Positions 20,723 through 30,809 are shown, numbered from the stretch's first letter. The stretch: DNA of 64,000 nt from Gammaproteobacteria bacterium (GCA_021773195.1 JAJFKN010000004.1:8605-72604); one strand, 5' to 3'. Notes: a model not told the origin generated them from the letters alone. Made by a program: numbers and translations.

Positions 20723-21799
20723 TTGGATCATCCCATCACTATCGCAATTGATGCCATGGGGGGCGATCAGGGCCCTCGCGTGGTGGTTCCCGCTGTATTG
20801 CGGACGTTAGCACGCTATCCAGATCGCGTTAGGATTATCCTAGTAGGTGATCAAAAGCTGTTACGGCGTTCCTTACGTCTCCACCGTGCAATTGAGTCGG
20901 AACGATTGCTTATTCACCACGCTTCACAAGTGGTGGAAATGGACGAAATGCCTTCCATGGCGCTGCGCAAAAAGAAAGATTCTTCCATGCGCGTTTCTCT
21001 AAATTTAGTCAAATCGGGCAAAGCTCAGGCTTGCGTCAGCGCAGGTAATACCGGTGCCTTAGTGGCTACGGCAAAATTCGTGTTAAAAACCCTACCGGGT
21101 ATATCCCGTCCTGCTATCATTACTCAGCTACCTAATATGGCTAGTGATGCGAAAGCTCAAGCAGGCACACGGGTTTTGGATTTGGGGGCTAATGTGGATT
21201 CTAGTCCAGAGCGCTTATTCCAATTTGCGGTGATGGGTTCTGTCTTGACCCAAGCCGTTGAAGGTATCGAAAAACCTCGCGTAGGTTTATTAAACATTGG
21301 TGAAGAACAGATTAAAGGTAATGAGCAAGTCAAAGAGACGGCTGCCATGTTATCTCAATGCGATGCCATTAATTATATCGGTTATGTGGAAGGTGATGAT
21401 ATGTTTACCGGCGTTGCCGATGTTATCGTTACCGATGGTTTTGTGGGCAATGTAGCGTTGAAAGCAGCGGAGGGCTCCGCTAAATTAATTCAACATTTGA
21501 TGAAGAAGGCGTTTCGAAAAAATATATTTACCAAGATATCGGGTATTATCGTATTGCCAGTGCTGCGCCTGTTGCGCAAAAGCATTGACCCGGCTCGTTT
21601 TAATGGTGCCAGTTTAGTGGGATTGCGTAGTATTGTGATAAAAAGCCACGGCAGCACGTCAGTTTTTGGTTATTACCATGCCATTCGTGTAGCCATTCGC
21701 GAAGTAGAATCTGATGTCCCTCAGCGTATTCGCCATCAAGTGGAAGAGTTGCTGAAGGAAGAGCAGGGTAACTCAGATTCCAGCCCTTCTGTAGAATGA
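20723..21799 (+). CDS. plsX: Phosphate acyltransferase PlsX
   Basis: IAIDAMGGD, KKDSSM, SAGNTGA, DLGANVD, DGFVGNVALK, KSHGS motifs. Confidence 0.96.
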   Translation: MDHPITIAIDAMGGDQGPRVVVPAVLRTLARYPDRVRIILVGDQKLLRRSLRLHRAIESERLLIHHASQVVEMDEMPSMALRKKKDSSMRVSLNLVKSGKAQACVSAGNTGALVATAKFVLKTLPGISRPAIITQLPNMASDAKAQAGTRVLDLGANVDSSPERLFQFAVMGSVLTQAVEGIEKPRVGLLNIGEEQIKGNEQVKETAAMLSQCDAINYIGYVEGDDMFTGVADVIVTDGFVGNVALKAAEGSAKLIQHLMKKAFRKNIFTKISGIIVLPVLRLLRKSIDPARFNGASLVGLRSIVIKSHGSTSVFGYYHAIRVAIREVESDVPQRIRHQVEELLKEEQGNSDSSPSVE

Positions 21800-21814
21800 G
21801 GAAATTTTCCATCC

Positions 21815-22771
21815 ATGAAATATTCACGCATCGCAGGTACGGGCAGTTGTCTTCCCAGTAAAGTACTTACCAATAAAGATTTAGAAAAAATCGTAGATAC
21901 CGACGATAAATGGATCGTTGAGCGTACGGGTATTAAAGAGCGTCGAATCTTGGGCGAAGGCGAAAATATTACGGGTTTAGCTGAAGTCGCCACAAAGCGT
22001 GCTTTAGAGGCTGCGAATATGGTGCCCAATGATATCGATTTGATCCTTTTAGCCACGACTACGCCCGATCGTACCTTTCCCAGTAATGCTGTTTTATTGC
22101 AAGAACGTTTAGGCATCGCAGAATGCCCCGCTTTTGATATTGCTGCAGCCTGCGCAGGATTCAATTATGGCTTAGTTTTAGCGGATAATTTTATTCGTGT
22201 AGGGCAAGCGAAAAATGTTTTAGTCTTGGGTGCTGAAGCCTTATCGCGCATAGTGGATTGGACAGATCGTTCCACTTGCATATTATTCGGGGATGGCGTA
22301 GGTGCTGTTATTTTCTCTGAAAGCGATGAGCCTGGCATTGTCTGTTCGAAAATTTCTGCTGCTGGTAAGTATAAAGATTTATTGTACGCACCTACGGGCT
22401 TAGGCCCTGATGCGGAGCTTTCGCCTAAAATTGCTATGGCTGGTAGTGCGGTTTTTAAAGTTGCCGTAAATACCCTGGGTAAGGCTGTATTGGATGTTTT
22501 AGAAAAAAGTGGCATGGAAAAGTCAGACATCGATTGGTTGGTGCCCCATCAAGCGAATTTACGAATCATCCAAGCCGTGGCGAAGAAGTTGGATTTAACC
22601 ATGGATAAAGTGATAATTACTCTGGATAAACAGGGTAATACTTCCAGCGCTTCCGTGCCACTAGCGTTGGATCAAGCCATTCGCGAAGGCAAGATTAAAC
22701 GTGGCGATAATATTTTGTTAGAAAGTTTTGGCGGTGGTTTTACCTGGGGTTCAGCCATCATCCGTTACTAG
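21815..22771 (+). CDS. fabH: Beta-ketoacyl-ACP synthase III
   Basis: FDIAAAC, FGDG, PHQAN, GNTSSAS, FGGGFTWG motifs. Confidence 0.97.
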   Translation: MKYSRIAGTGSCLPSKVLTNKDLEKIVDTDDKWIVERTGIKERRILGEGENITGLAEVATKRALEAANMVPNDIDLILLATTTPDRTFPSNAVLLQERLGIAECPAFDIAAACAGFNYGLVLADNFIRVGQAKNVLVLGAEALSRIVDWTDRSTCILFGDGVGAVIFSESDEPGIVCSKISAAGKYKDLLYAPTGLGPDAELSPKIAMAGSAVFKVAVNTLGKAVLDVLEKSGMEKSDIDWLVPHQANLRIIQAVAKKLDLTMDKVIITLDKQGNTSSASVPLALDQAIREGKIKRGDNILLESFGGGFTWGSAIIRY

Positions 22772-22803
22772 AGCATATTTCTATACTAAAGGGGTTTAAA
22801 CCC

Positions 22804-23742
22804 ATGCAATCATTAGCATTTATTTTTCCAGGTCAAGGTTCACAAAGTATTGGTATGTTAGGTGGCATCGCGGCGCCGATTATCCACAAAACGTTTGAGC
22901 AAGCGTCCCATAAACTTGGCTATGACCTTTGGGCGTTAACTCAGAACGGCCCAGAAGACAAACTCAACCAAACGCAATTTACTCAACCGGCCTTATTGGC
23001 TGCTGGGGTAGCTCTATTTCGTTTGTGGCAAGAGCAAGGTGGTGTGCAACCTTCCTATATGGCAGGGCACAGTTTGGGTGAATATACAGCGCTTGTATGC
23101 AGTGGAGCGGTGGATTTCCTTGATGCCTTAAGTTTGGTGTCAGAACGAGGTCGTTTGATGCAACAAGCAGTACCCCAGGGTGAAGGGGCTATGGCTGCTA
23201 TCATTGGAATGGATAATGAGGGGGTGGAAGCCCTTTGCCATGAAGTGGTAGAAAACCAAGAGGTATTGGCTGCTGTAAATTACAACGCTGTGGGCCAGGT
23301 AGTCATTGCTGGCCATAAAACTGCCGTGGTAAGAGCCATGGGGTTGGCTAAAGAGAAGGGCGCTCGTATGGCAGTGCCGCTCCCCGTTAGTGTGCCTTCC
23401 CACTGTGCTTTAATGAAAGACGCGGCCCAAGAATTAGCAGTCGCCATAGATGGACTGGTCTGGAAAACGCCGAGTGTAAAAGTCATTCACAATGTGGATG
23501 TGCAATCCCACGAAAATTTGTCTGAGTTAAAAGACAGCTTAGTTAAGCAACTTTATAACCCCGTGCGTTGGGTTGAAACCATTCAATATCTATCTGGCCA
23601 AGGTGTAACACAGTTCGTGGAATGTGGTCCAGGTAAAGTATTAACCGGCCTCAATAAACGCATTGATAAGTCATTTCAATCAATGCCTATTGGTGAAACT
23701 GCCGCTTTACAAGCAGCCCATGAAACATTGCAGTGTTCTTAG
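22804..23742 (+). CDS. fabD: Malonyl-CoA:ACP transacylase
   Basis: FPGQGSQ, GHSLGEY, SVPSHC, PVRWVE, ECGPGKVL motifs. Confidence 0.97.
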   Translation: MQSLAFIFPGQGSQSIGMLGGIAAPIIHKTFEQASHKLGYDLWALTQNGPEDKLNQTQFTQPALLAAGVALFRLWQEQGGVQPSYMAGHSLGEYTALVCSGAVDFLDALSLVSERGRLMQQAVPQGEGAMAAIIGMDNEGVEALCHEVVENQEVLAAVNYNAVGQVVIAGHKTAVVRAMGLAKEKGARMAVPLPVSVPSHCALMKDAAQELAVAIDGLVWKTPSVKVIHNVDVQSHENLSELKDSLVKQLYNPVRWVETIQYLSGQGVTQFVECGPGKVLTGLNKRIDKSFQSMPIGETAALQAAHETLQCS

Positions 23743-23766
23743 TTTGCTATCTTTAGAGGAAAAAAT

Positions 23767-24510
23767 ATGTCATTAAAGGAAAAAGTAGCCTTAGTTACCG
23801 GTGCTTCTCGCGGTATTGGTCGTGCTATCGCTTTAGAATTAGCTCAAGAGGGTGCTAATGTGGTTGGTACGGCAACCAGTGCATCGGGTGCCGAGAAAAT
23901 CACGGCAGCCTTTGCTGAAGCTGGTTTGCAAGGTCGAGGGATGGAATTAGACGTGACTCAGGCTGATTCTGTAAAAGATGTTTTTGAAACCATTAAAGCA
24001 GAATTAGGTGCCCCCGCAATTTTAGTCAATAATGCGGCCATAACCAAAGATAATATTATGCTCCGTATGAAAGATGAACAGTGGAGCAGCGTGATTGAAA
24101 CTAATCTTAATGCTGTCTACCGCCTCAGCAAAACTTGCATGAAAGACATGGTGAAGGCTCGTTGGGGTCGAATCATTAATGTTAGCTCTGTGGTGGCCTC
24201 CACGGGCAATTTAGGGCAAGCCAACTATGTGGCTGCAAAAGCCGGTGTAATCGGCTTCTCGAAATCCTTAGCCATCGAAGTGGCGACCCGAGGGATCACT
24301 GTCAATGTGGTTTCTCCGGGTTTTATTGATACGGATATGACCAAGGCCATTCCAGAAGAGTATCGTGAGCGAATTTTAGCCATGGTGCCTACGGGTAAAG
24401 TTGGCGAACCTGAGGATATAGCCAATGCGGTATGCTTTTTAGCATCCCCCAAAGCAAGCTATATAACTGGCACCACCCTACATGTAAATGGTGGCATGTA
24501 CATGGCATAA
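23767..24510 (+). CDS. fabG: 3-oxoacyl-ACP reductase
   Basis: TGASRGIG, NNAAIT, NYVAAKAG, PGFIDTDMT, VNGGMYM motifs. Confidence 0.97.
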   Translation: MSLKEKVALVTGASRGIGRAIALELAQEGANVVGTATSASGAEKITAAFAEAGLQGRGMELDVTQADSVKDVFETIKAELGAPAILVNNAAITKDNIMLRMKDEQWSSVIETNLNAVYRLSKTCMKDMVKARWGRIINVSSVVASTGNLGQANYVAAKAGVIGFSKSLAIEVATRGITVNVVSPGFIDTDMTKAIPEEYRERILAMVPTGKVGEPEDIANAVCFLASPKASYITGTTLHVNGGMYMA

Positions 24511-24669
24511 ATGGTAAGCTAAGTTAGCTTGTTGGTCGTTTTTCCATCAGATGGGAATGCGGATTGAAAAAAAAGCTGGTTACTGCTTGCAACTTGTCAT
24601 TTTTTCAATAAACTAGCGGCAAATGGGCTTAACGCCTACGAATATTGCAACGGAGAGGAAATCCCTACC

Positions 24670-24921
24670 ATGAGTACTGTAGCTGAACGAGTAAAGAAAA
24701 TTATTGTTGAACAATTAGGTGTGAAAGAGGAAGAAGTAACAAATGAGGCATCATTCATTGATGACTTAGGTGCTGACTCTCTGGATACCGTTGAATTGGT
24801 TATGGCTCTTGAAGAAGAGTTTGAATTGGAAATTGCCGATGAGCAAGCCGAGAAAATTTCTACGGTCGGTGAAGCGGTTCAGCATATCGAGCACTACCTA
24901 GAACATATTAAAGAAAGCTAA
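24670..24921 (+). CDS. acpP: Acyl carrier protein
   Basis: [21 protein letters not shown]. Confidence 0.98.
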   Translation: MSTVAERVKKIIVEQLGVKEEEVTNEASFIDDLGADSLDTVELVMALEEEFELEIADEQAEKISTVGEAVQHIEHYLEHIKES

Positions 24922-24952
24922 GGGTTTTCTTTAATAATATTTTAATGATAGA

Positions 24953-24977
24953 AGCCCTGACTTAATAGTCCAGGGCT
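24953..24977 (+). terminator. Hairpin after acpP (possible terminator or processing stem)
   Basis: AGCCCTG...CAGGGCT stem; only a weak U-tract follows. Confidence 0.35.
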
Positions 24978-25022
24978 CTGTTGTATTCGAGCTATGACAG
25001 CCACTAAAGCGAGGGCAACAAC

Positions 25023-26255
25023 TTGAAGAATAGACGAGTCGTGTTGACGGGAATGGGTATGGTTACACCTCTTGGTTTGAATACCCGAGATACCTGGGCG
25101 AATCTTTTGGAAGGCAAGAGTGGGATCACCCGTATTGATCGCTTCGACCCAGAAAAATTTGCTTCCAAGATTAGTGGTTCTATTAAGGGTTTTGATCCCA
25201 GCGTTTTTTTAGGCCCCAAAGAAGTTCGCAAAACCGATTTGTTTTTGCAATACGCTTTGTCGGCTGCCATTGAAGCCATTGAAGATTCTGGCCTTGATCC
25301 CTCGAAGGAAGACCCTGCGCGTATGGGTGTTGCTGTGGGTTCCGGTATCGGTGGTATCCCTTTAATTGAAAAATGTCATGTAGATTATATGGAGCACGGC
25401 CCGCGTCGTATTTCACCTTTCTTCATCCCTGGTGTCATTATTAACATGGCCGCGGGCACTTTAGCCATTCGCTATGGTTTTAAAGGTCCGAATATTTCCA
25501 TCGTAACGGCATGTACTACCGGAACCCATAATATCGGTCATGCAGCTCGCATGATTAATTATGGTGATGCTGATGTTATGTTAGCAGGCGGTTCTGAGAT
25601 GGCCACTTCCCCAATGGGTATAGGCGGTTTCTCTTCCATGCGTGCATTGTCGACGCGTAACGATGACCCTGCTTCAGCCTCACGTCCTTGGGATAAAGAT
25701 CGCGATGGGTTTGTTTTAGCCGATGGCGCAGGTGTCGTTTTGTTGGAAGAATATGAACATGCCAAGAAACGTGGCGCGACCATTTATGCTGAATTAGCCG
25801 GCTTTGGTATGAGCTGTGATGCATTCCATATGACATTGCCTAGCCCCGCTGGACCTGTTGCAGCTATGCTAAACGCTATTAGCGATGCAGGGTTAAATGT
25901 TTCAGATGTGGATTACATTAATGCCCATGGTACTTCTACACCGCCGGGTGATAAAAATGAAGCTCATTCTATCCAAGAAGCATTTGGTAATAGCTTGGAT
26001 AAATTATTAGTCAGCTCCACCAAATCTATGTTAGGTCACCAGTTAGGTGCGGCAGGTGCGGTAGAGGCAATTTTATCTGTTATGAGTCTCAAACATAATG
26101 TGGTGCCACCAACCATTAATTTGCATGAAACCGACGAAGATTATGGTATTGATTTTGTGCCTAATACCGCACGTGAGGCAGATTTAAAAGTCACATTGAG
26201 TAATTCTTTCGGATTTGGCGGTACTAATGGTTCCTTAGTCTTTACTGAGGTTTAA
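25023..26255 (+). CDS. fabF: Beta-ketoacyl-ACP synthase II
   Basis: TACTTG, RDGFVL, YINAHGTST, SSTKSMLGH, SNSFGFGGTN; TTG start. Confidence 0.97.
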   Translation: MKNRRVVLTGMGMVTPLGLNTRDTWANLLEGKSGITRIDRFDPEKFASKISGSIKGFDPSVFLGPKEVRKTDLFLQYALSAAIEAIEDSGLDPSKEDPARMGVAVGSGIGGIPLIEKCHVDYMEHGPRRISPFFIPGVIINMAAGTLAIRYGFKGPNISIVTACTTGTHNIGHAARMINYGDADVMLAGGSEMATSPMGIGGFSSMRALSTRNDDPASASRPWDKDRDGFVLADGAGVVLLEEYEHAKKRGATIYAELAGFGMSCDAFHMTLPSPAGPVAAMLNAISDAGLNVSDVDYINAHGTSTPPGDKNEAHSIQEAFGNSLDKLLVSSTKSMLGHQLGAAGAVEAILSVMSLKHNVVPPTINLHETDEDYGIDFVPNTAREADLKVTLSNSFGFGGTNGSLVFTEV

Positions 26256-26278
26256 GGGGTTTTAGTGACAGGAATACT

Positions 26279-27700
26279 ATGTCACATTCATTGAAAGTTA
26301 GCCTTTGGGTCGTTGCTATTGTTGTGGCAGTTTCTTTAGGTGTGTTCGCCAAATATCGTTCCTTCGAAACCAGCGTGATGATTCCTTACGGTAAACCCGC
26401 GAAGTTTACCGTGAAACCCGGCATGAATATCACTAAATTAGCCGATGCTTTCCAATGTGCGGGCCTGCTAAAAGATAAACCTTTATTTATTTGGACGGCA
26501 AAACTCCACGGTTTTACCGGACATTTAAAAGAAGGGGAGTATTTGTTTCCTGCGGGTTCTTCACCGCAACAAGTCTTGCAGCAAATCGTTGATGGTAATG
26601 TGGTGGTGCATCGCTTAACCATCATTGAAGGTTGGACTTTTTCAGAAATGATGCAGGCCATCGAAGATGATCCTTATCTTGTGCATACCCTGAAAGATGA
26701 TTCACCCAAAGGTGTGATGTCTCTACTAGGCCATCCGGGAGAATTCCCCGAAGGCAGATTTTTCCCTGATACTTATTTTTTCCCTGCAGGGACCACCGAC
26801 GTGGATTTCTTGCAGCGTTCCTATAAAACGATGCAAATGCACTTAAAAAAACAATGGGAAAATCGAGCACCTGATTTACCTTATAAAAGTCCTTATCAAG
26901 CCTTAATTATTGCTTCTATGGTAGAAAAGGAGACGGCTCGATCCGACGAACGACCTTTGATAGCAGAAGTGATTAACCAGCGCTTAGCTAAAGGCATGCG
27001 TTTGCAAATCGATCCCACGGTTATTTATGGCTTAGGTAAGAAGTACACAGGCGTGATCACCAAAAAAGACTTAGAAACTGTAACTCCCTATAACACATAC
27101 CGCAAGAGTGGTTTACCCCCTACGCCTATCTGTTTACCTAGCTTAGCGTCTATTCATGCAGTGATGCATCCTGTTTTAGGCACTTATGTATATTACGTTG
27201 CGACAGGTTATGGCGGCCATTTTTTCAGTTCTAATTACCAAGATCATCTGCATGCTATAAAGAAATTTCTACATCGCGCACCCAAGCCCCCGAAGGATGA
27301 AAGCAAGAAAAGAGCAAGCACTAAAGCTAGTGAAAGCAAATCTTCAGATGATAAGTCAGCTAAAGATAAATCTGCTACAAAAAAAACAGTGTCAGAAGAC
27401 TCAAAAGCAACCACTAAAGCTAGTGAAAGCAAATCTTTAGATGATAAGTCAGCTAAAGATAAATCTGCTGATAAAAAATCAGCGTCAGAAGACTCTAAAG
27501 CATCCAAAGAAGAAGAACCCAAAACGGAAAAATCCACAAAATCCAAGACAGAAGCGTCAAAGTCAGAGCCGAAGACAAAAAAACAAACCACTAAGCCTAA
27601 AGCCTCTGCCAGTAATGAGCCCATCAAGCAGGTAACCATTCAAGTGACGAAAGCTGTCACGGTTACAAAAACTGCAGGGAAAACGCAACATGCCGCCTAA
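26279..27700 (+). CDS. mltG: Endolytic transglycosylase MltG with an extra ~130-aa K/S/D/E-rich C-terminal tail
   Basis: N-terminal TM, EGRFFPDTY, ASMVEKET, LQIDPTVIYG, TPYNTY, LPPTPI, HFFS; then a low-complexity tail. Confidence 0.92.
   Translation: MSHSLKVSLWVVAIVVAVSLGVFAKYRSFETSVMIPYGKPAKFTVKPGMNITKLADAFQCAGLLKDKPLFIWTAKLHGFTGHLKEGEYLFPAGSSPQQVLQQIVDGNVVVHRLTIIEGWTFSEMMQAIEDDPYLVHTLKDDSPKGVMSLLGHPGEFPEGRFFPDTYFFPAGTTDVDFLQRSYKTMQMHLKKQWENRAPDLPYKSPYQALIIASMVEKETARSDERPLIAEVINQRLAKGMRLQIDPTVIYGLGKKYTGVITKKDLETVTPYNTYRKSGLPPTPICLPSLASIHAVMHPVLGTYVYYVATGYGGHFFSSNYQDHLHAIKKFLHRAPKPPKDESKKRASTKASESKSSDDKSAKDKSATKKTVSEDSKATTKASESKSLDDKSAKDKSADKKSASEDSKASKEEEPKTEKSTKSKTEASKSEPKTKKQTTKPKASASNEPIKQVTIQVTKAVTVTKTAGKTQHAA
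27319..27502. repeat. 93-bp near-identical direct repeat (2 copies) in the mltG tail
   Basis: CACTAAAGCTAGTGAAAGCAAATCT... at 27319 and 27412, encoding the 31-aa unit TKASESKSSDDKSAKDKSATKKTVSEDSKAT. Confidence 0.92.
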
Positions 27701-28334
27701 AGAAAAAGGTTGTTTCATCACTTTTGAAGGCATCGAAGGTGTGGGTAAATCAACGGCCATGTCCTATGTGAAAAGCTATCTGGAAGCGCATAACAAAGTA
27801 TTGCTTGTTACCCGAGAACCCGGTGGAACGCCAGTTGCTGAAGCTATACGTGAAGTTGTGCTCAGCCCTAGAGACGAAGCTCTCTCTCCCATTACAGAAT
27901 TACTGTTAATGTTTGCTGCACGTGCGCAACATATCCAACAAGTCATTAAGCCAGCATTAGAACAAGGTCAATGGGTTCTATGTGATCGTTTTACCGATAC
28001 TTCCTATGCTTATCAAGGAGGGGGGCGCGGTATGGATTTGACCTTCATTGAAAATTTAGAAAATCAAATCCAGGGAGATTTGAGACCTGACTGGGTGATG
28101 TTATTAGATGCACCCGTTGATTTAGCTTTTGAACGTGCTCATGGCCGCTCGCAAGATTTTGATCGCATAGAACAAGAAGAACGAACATTCTTTCAACGGG
28201 CCCGTGATGTATTTTTACAGCGGGCCGAAAAGATGCCTGAGCGCTACAGTATTATTGATGCTGCGCAAGATAAGAATGGTGTTGAAAAACAGTTAACAGA
28301 CTTATTAGAGCGTTTTCTTCAAAGGAGAAGTTAA
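27690..28334 (+). CDS. tmk: Thymidylate kinase
   Basis: EGIEGVGKST, TREPGG, LCDRF, AYQGGGRG, DRIEQE motifs. Confidence 0.96.
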   Translation: MPPKEKGCFITFEGIEGVGKSTAMSYVKSYLEAHNKVLLVTREPGGTPVAEAIREVVLSPRDEALSPITELLLMFAARAQHIQQVIKPALEQGQWVLCDRFTDTSYAYQGGGRGMDLTFIENLENQIQGDLRPDWVMLLDAPVDLAFERAHGRSQDFDRIEQEERTFFQRARDVFLQRAEKMPERYSIIDAAQDKNGVEKQLTDLLERFLQRRS

Positions 28335-29308
28335 TGCAAATTTACCCATGGCACGAATCACAATGGCAGCAGGTATCATCGCGCTTACAACAATTAACTT
28401 TACCTCATAGCTTGTTATTGATTGGGCCCCAGGGTTTAGGCAAGTTTGCCTTCGCTTATGAATTGGCTCAGCGCTTGTTGTGTCTTACTCCTAAGGATAA
28501 TCATGCCTGTGGCCATTGTCGCTCCTGTGATTTAATGCAAGCTGAGACACATCCCGATTATTTATTAATAGAACCTGAAGAAACGGGTAAAGCCATTAAA
28601 ATCGATAAAATACGTCGATTAATTGATTTTCAACAAAAAACATCACAGCAAGGTGGAGCACAAGTGGTGTTAATTCATGGTGCCGAAGCCATGAACCGAG
28701 CCAGTGCCAATGCTCTGTTGAAAAGTTTGGAAGAACCCCAGGGTACTACCTATTTTTTATTGGTAACCAGTCACCCACACAGTTTACCAGCAACAGTACG
28801 CAGTCGTTGTCAGATGTTGCGTTTTTCACCTCAATCTCAAGCCATAGATTGGTTGCTGAAGGAAGGCGTTGATGCTCAACGAGCAGAACATTGTTTGAGG
28901 GTCTGTGAAGGCGCGCCTCTAAGCGCCTTGGCCTTGGCCCAAGATGCTGAGGGGGATTTGCGAGGTGATATACTAGCGGATATGCAGGGCTTGGTGAGCC
29001 AATCCCTGGACCCATTGTCAGTAGCTGAAAAGTGGAAAAATTGGCCCCAGGGAGCCCTGATGGCCTGGCTCATGAGCATTATTAATGACATGGTCACAAT
29101 CCAAGTGTCTGGGAAGATTTCACGCCACAGTGACCATAAAGCCGCGCTACAAGGGCTTTCCAGCTGTTTAGCCCCAGGCCACTGGTTTGCCCTAAATGAC
29201 CAACTTATTCAACAAAAAAGGCTTACAGACAGCCATATCGCTCTTAATATACTATTATTTTGGGAAGACTTTTTATTATCCATGTCCAGTGCCATTGAAA
29301 GGCCTTAG
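28334..29308 (+). CDS. holB: DNA polymerase III delta-prime subunit
   Basis: YPWH, GPQGLGK, CGHCRSC, HPD, NALLKSLEEP, ATVRSRC motifs. Confidence 0.95.
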   Translation: MQIYPWHESQWQQVSSRLQQLTLPHSLLLIGPQGLGKFAFAYELAQRLLCLTPKDNHACGHCRSCDLMQAETHPDYLLIEPEETGKAIKIDKIRRLIDFQQKTSQQGGAQVVLIHGAEAMNRASANALLKSLEEPQGTTYFLLVTSHPHSLPATVRSRCQMLRFSPQSQAIDWLLKEGVDAQRAEHCLRVCEGAPLSALALAQDAEGDLRGDILADMQGLVSQSLDPLSVAEKWKNWPQGALMAWLMSIINDMVTIQVSGKISRHSDHKAALQGLSSCLAPGHWFALNDQLIQQKRLTDSHIALNILLFWEDFLLSMSSAIERP

Positions 29309-29326
29309 GGATCCAAGGGAGTAGCC

Positions 29327-29677
29327 ATGAGTGAAGAACAAGCCGGTGAAGTATTGTCATTATCCATTGATAGCAAAGCCGAGTTATATAATTTATATAT
29401 GCCGTTTATCAAAAATGGCGGACTTTTTGTTCCCACTAGAAATGAATACAGCTTAGGCCAAGAAGTTTTTATCTTATTAAAATTGATGGAAGAAAGAGAA
29501 AAGTATTCCGTCTCAGGACGGGTAGTTTGGCTGACCCCTGAAGGTGCGGCACAATCGCATCATAAAATTGGCGTCGGGGTGCAATTTACCCATAAAGATG
29601 CAGAATTGTTACGCGCTAAAATTGAAACTTATTTAGCGGGTTCAAAACGTAATGAAACCCCAACGGATACAATGTAG
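29327..29677 (+). CDS. pilZ: Type IV pilus assembly PilZ-domain protein
   Basis: LYMPFIKNGGLFVPT, GRVVWLTP, GVGVQF, PTDTM; canonical holB-pilZ-tatD order. Confidence 0.93.
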   Translation: MSEEQAGEVLSLSIDSKAELYNLYMPFIKNGGLFVPTRNEYSLGQEVFILLKLMEEREKYSVSGRVVWLTPEGAAQSHHKIGVGVQFTHKDAELLRAKIETYLAGSKRNETPTDTM

Positions 29678-29795
29678 TTTTTATAGTAAGATATTATAGA
29701 TTTTACTTCTGAAACGATTTCCATTGACTGCTTGGATCGGCGGTAAGGAAGTAATAATGTAAAAGACAATAATGACCAAGTCATTAGGAGATAAT

Positions 29796-30581
29796 ATGTT
29801 TTTAGTAGATTCCCATTGTCATCTCGATATGCTCGACTTAACGAAAACTAATGGTGATGTAGGCCCCTATATCGCGCGGGCAGAAGAGCAGGGCGTTGGA
29901 CACATTCTTTGTGTTTCAGTGAATTTTGCTGAATTCCCTAACGTATTACACATTGCTGATACCTTTGTGGATGTGAGTGCCTCTGTGGGTATGCATCCTA
30001 CGGAAAGCAATGGGCATGAACCTACGGTGAGTGAGTTAATCGAACATGGCAGCAATCCTCTAGTAGTGGCTGTGGGTGAAACAGGCTTGGATTATTATCG
30101 TTGTGAAGGGGATATGACTTGGCAACAGGATAGATTCCGCCACCATATTCGTGCTGCACGGGAAATGGGTAAGCCATTAATTATTCATACTCGTCAAGCA
30201 AGAGAAGATACCATGAAAATCCTGCATGAAGAGAATGCCCAGGAAGTGGGTGGTGTCATGCATTGCTTTACAGAAGATTACGAGATGGCAAGACAAGCCA
30301 TTGATTTAGGTTTCTATATTTCGTTCTCTGGCATTGTGACCTTTAAGAATGCCAAGGACTTACAAGAATTAGCGAAGACCCTACCTTTGGAAACCATGAT
30401 GATTGAAACCGACGCGCCTTATCTGGCCCCCGTGCCCCATCGTGGCAAGCCCAATGAGCCTGCCTATGTGCGTCATGTGGCAGAGTTCATTGCCGATTTA
30501 CGCGAAGTGGACGTGAAGGAAATCGCTAAAGTTACTACGAAGAATTTCTTCCAGTGCTTCCGCCCGGGGGAATGGGATTAA
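29796..30581 (+). CDS. tatD: TatD-family deoxyribonuclease
   Basis: DSHCHL, GMHP, GETGLDY, IIHTR, VMHCF, ETDAPY; AGGAG favours ATG 29796. Confidence 0.95.
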   Translation: MFLVDSHCHLDMLDLTKTNGDVGPYIARAEEQGVGHILCVSVNFAEFPNVLHIADTFVDVSASVGMHPTESNGHEPTVSELIEHGSNPLVVAVGETGLDYYRCEGDMTWQQDRFRHHIRAAREMGKPLIIHTRQAREDTMKILHEENAQEVGGVMHCFTEDYEMARQAIDLGFYISFSGIVTFKNAKDLQELAKTLPLETMMIETDAPYLAPVPHRGKPNEPAYVRHVAEFIADLREVDVKEIAKVTTKNFFQCFRPGEWD

Positions 30582-30662
30582 CCCTACAAGACTACTTTGG
30601 TTGGAGGCTTCTGCCGCCTCGTTCCAAATCATCCTGAGCATCAATAAATACATTGTAGTGGA

Positions 30663-30688
30663 CCCCGGAATTGCTTCGCAATCCGGGG
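30663..30688. repeat. REP-like palindrome between convergent tatD and acnA
   Basis: CCCCGGA(A)TTGC-TTC-GCAATCCGGGG, followed by TGAC. Confidence 0.8.
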
Positions 30689-30799
30689 TGACGTAAGGTT
30701 GTCGCAATCCGGGGTGACGTAAGGTTGTCGCAATCCGGGGTGACGTAAGGTTGTCGCAATCCGGGGTGACGTAAGGTTGTCGCAATCCGGGGTGACGTA
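30676..30799. repeat. Perfect 26-bp tandem repeat (4 full copies plus a 20-bp partial)
   Basis: TCGCAATCCGGGGTGACGTAAGGTTG at 30676, 30702, 30728, 30754, partial at 30780; no spacers. Confidence 0.97.
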
Positions 30800-30809
30800 T
30801 ACAGGCCGC

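Noticed and set aside
24930-24949. PmrA-like direct repeat between acpP and fabF
   Set aside because: TTAAT repeats at 11-nt spacing, but they lack the leading C, lie in AT-rich housekeeping DNA and have no adjacent promoter evidence. Likely chance.
27244-27639. Antisense ORF over the mltG tail
   Set aside because: Shadow of the repetitive K/S-rich coding sequence.
30498-30785. 95-aa ORF over the 26-bp array
   Set aside because: A product of the tandem repeat that overlaps tatD antisense, with no SD or coding features.
30676-30799. CRISPR array
   Set aside because: Units are contiguous identical 26-mers with no unique spacers, and no cas genes are in the window.
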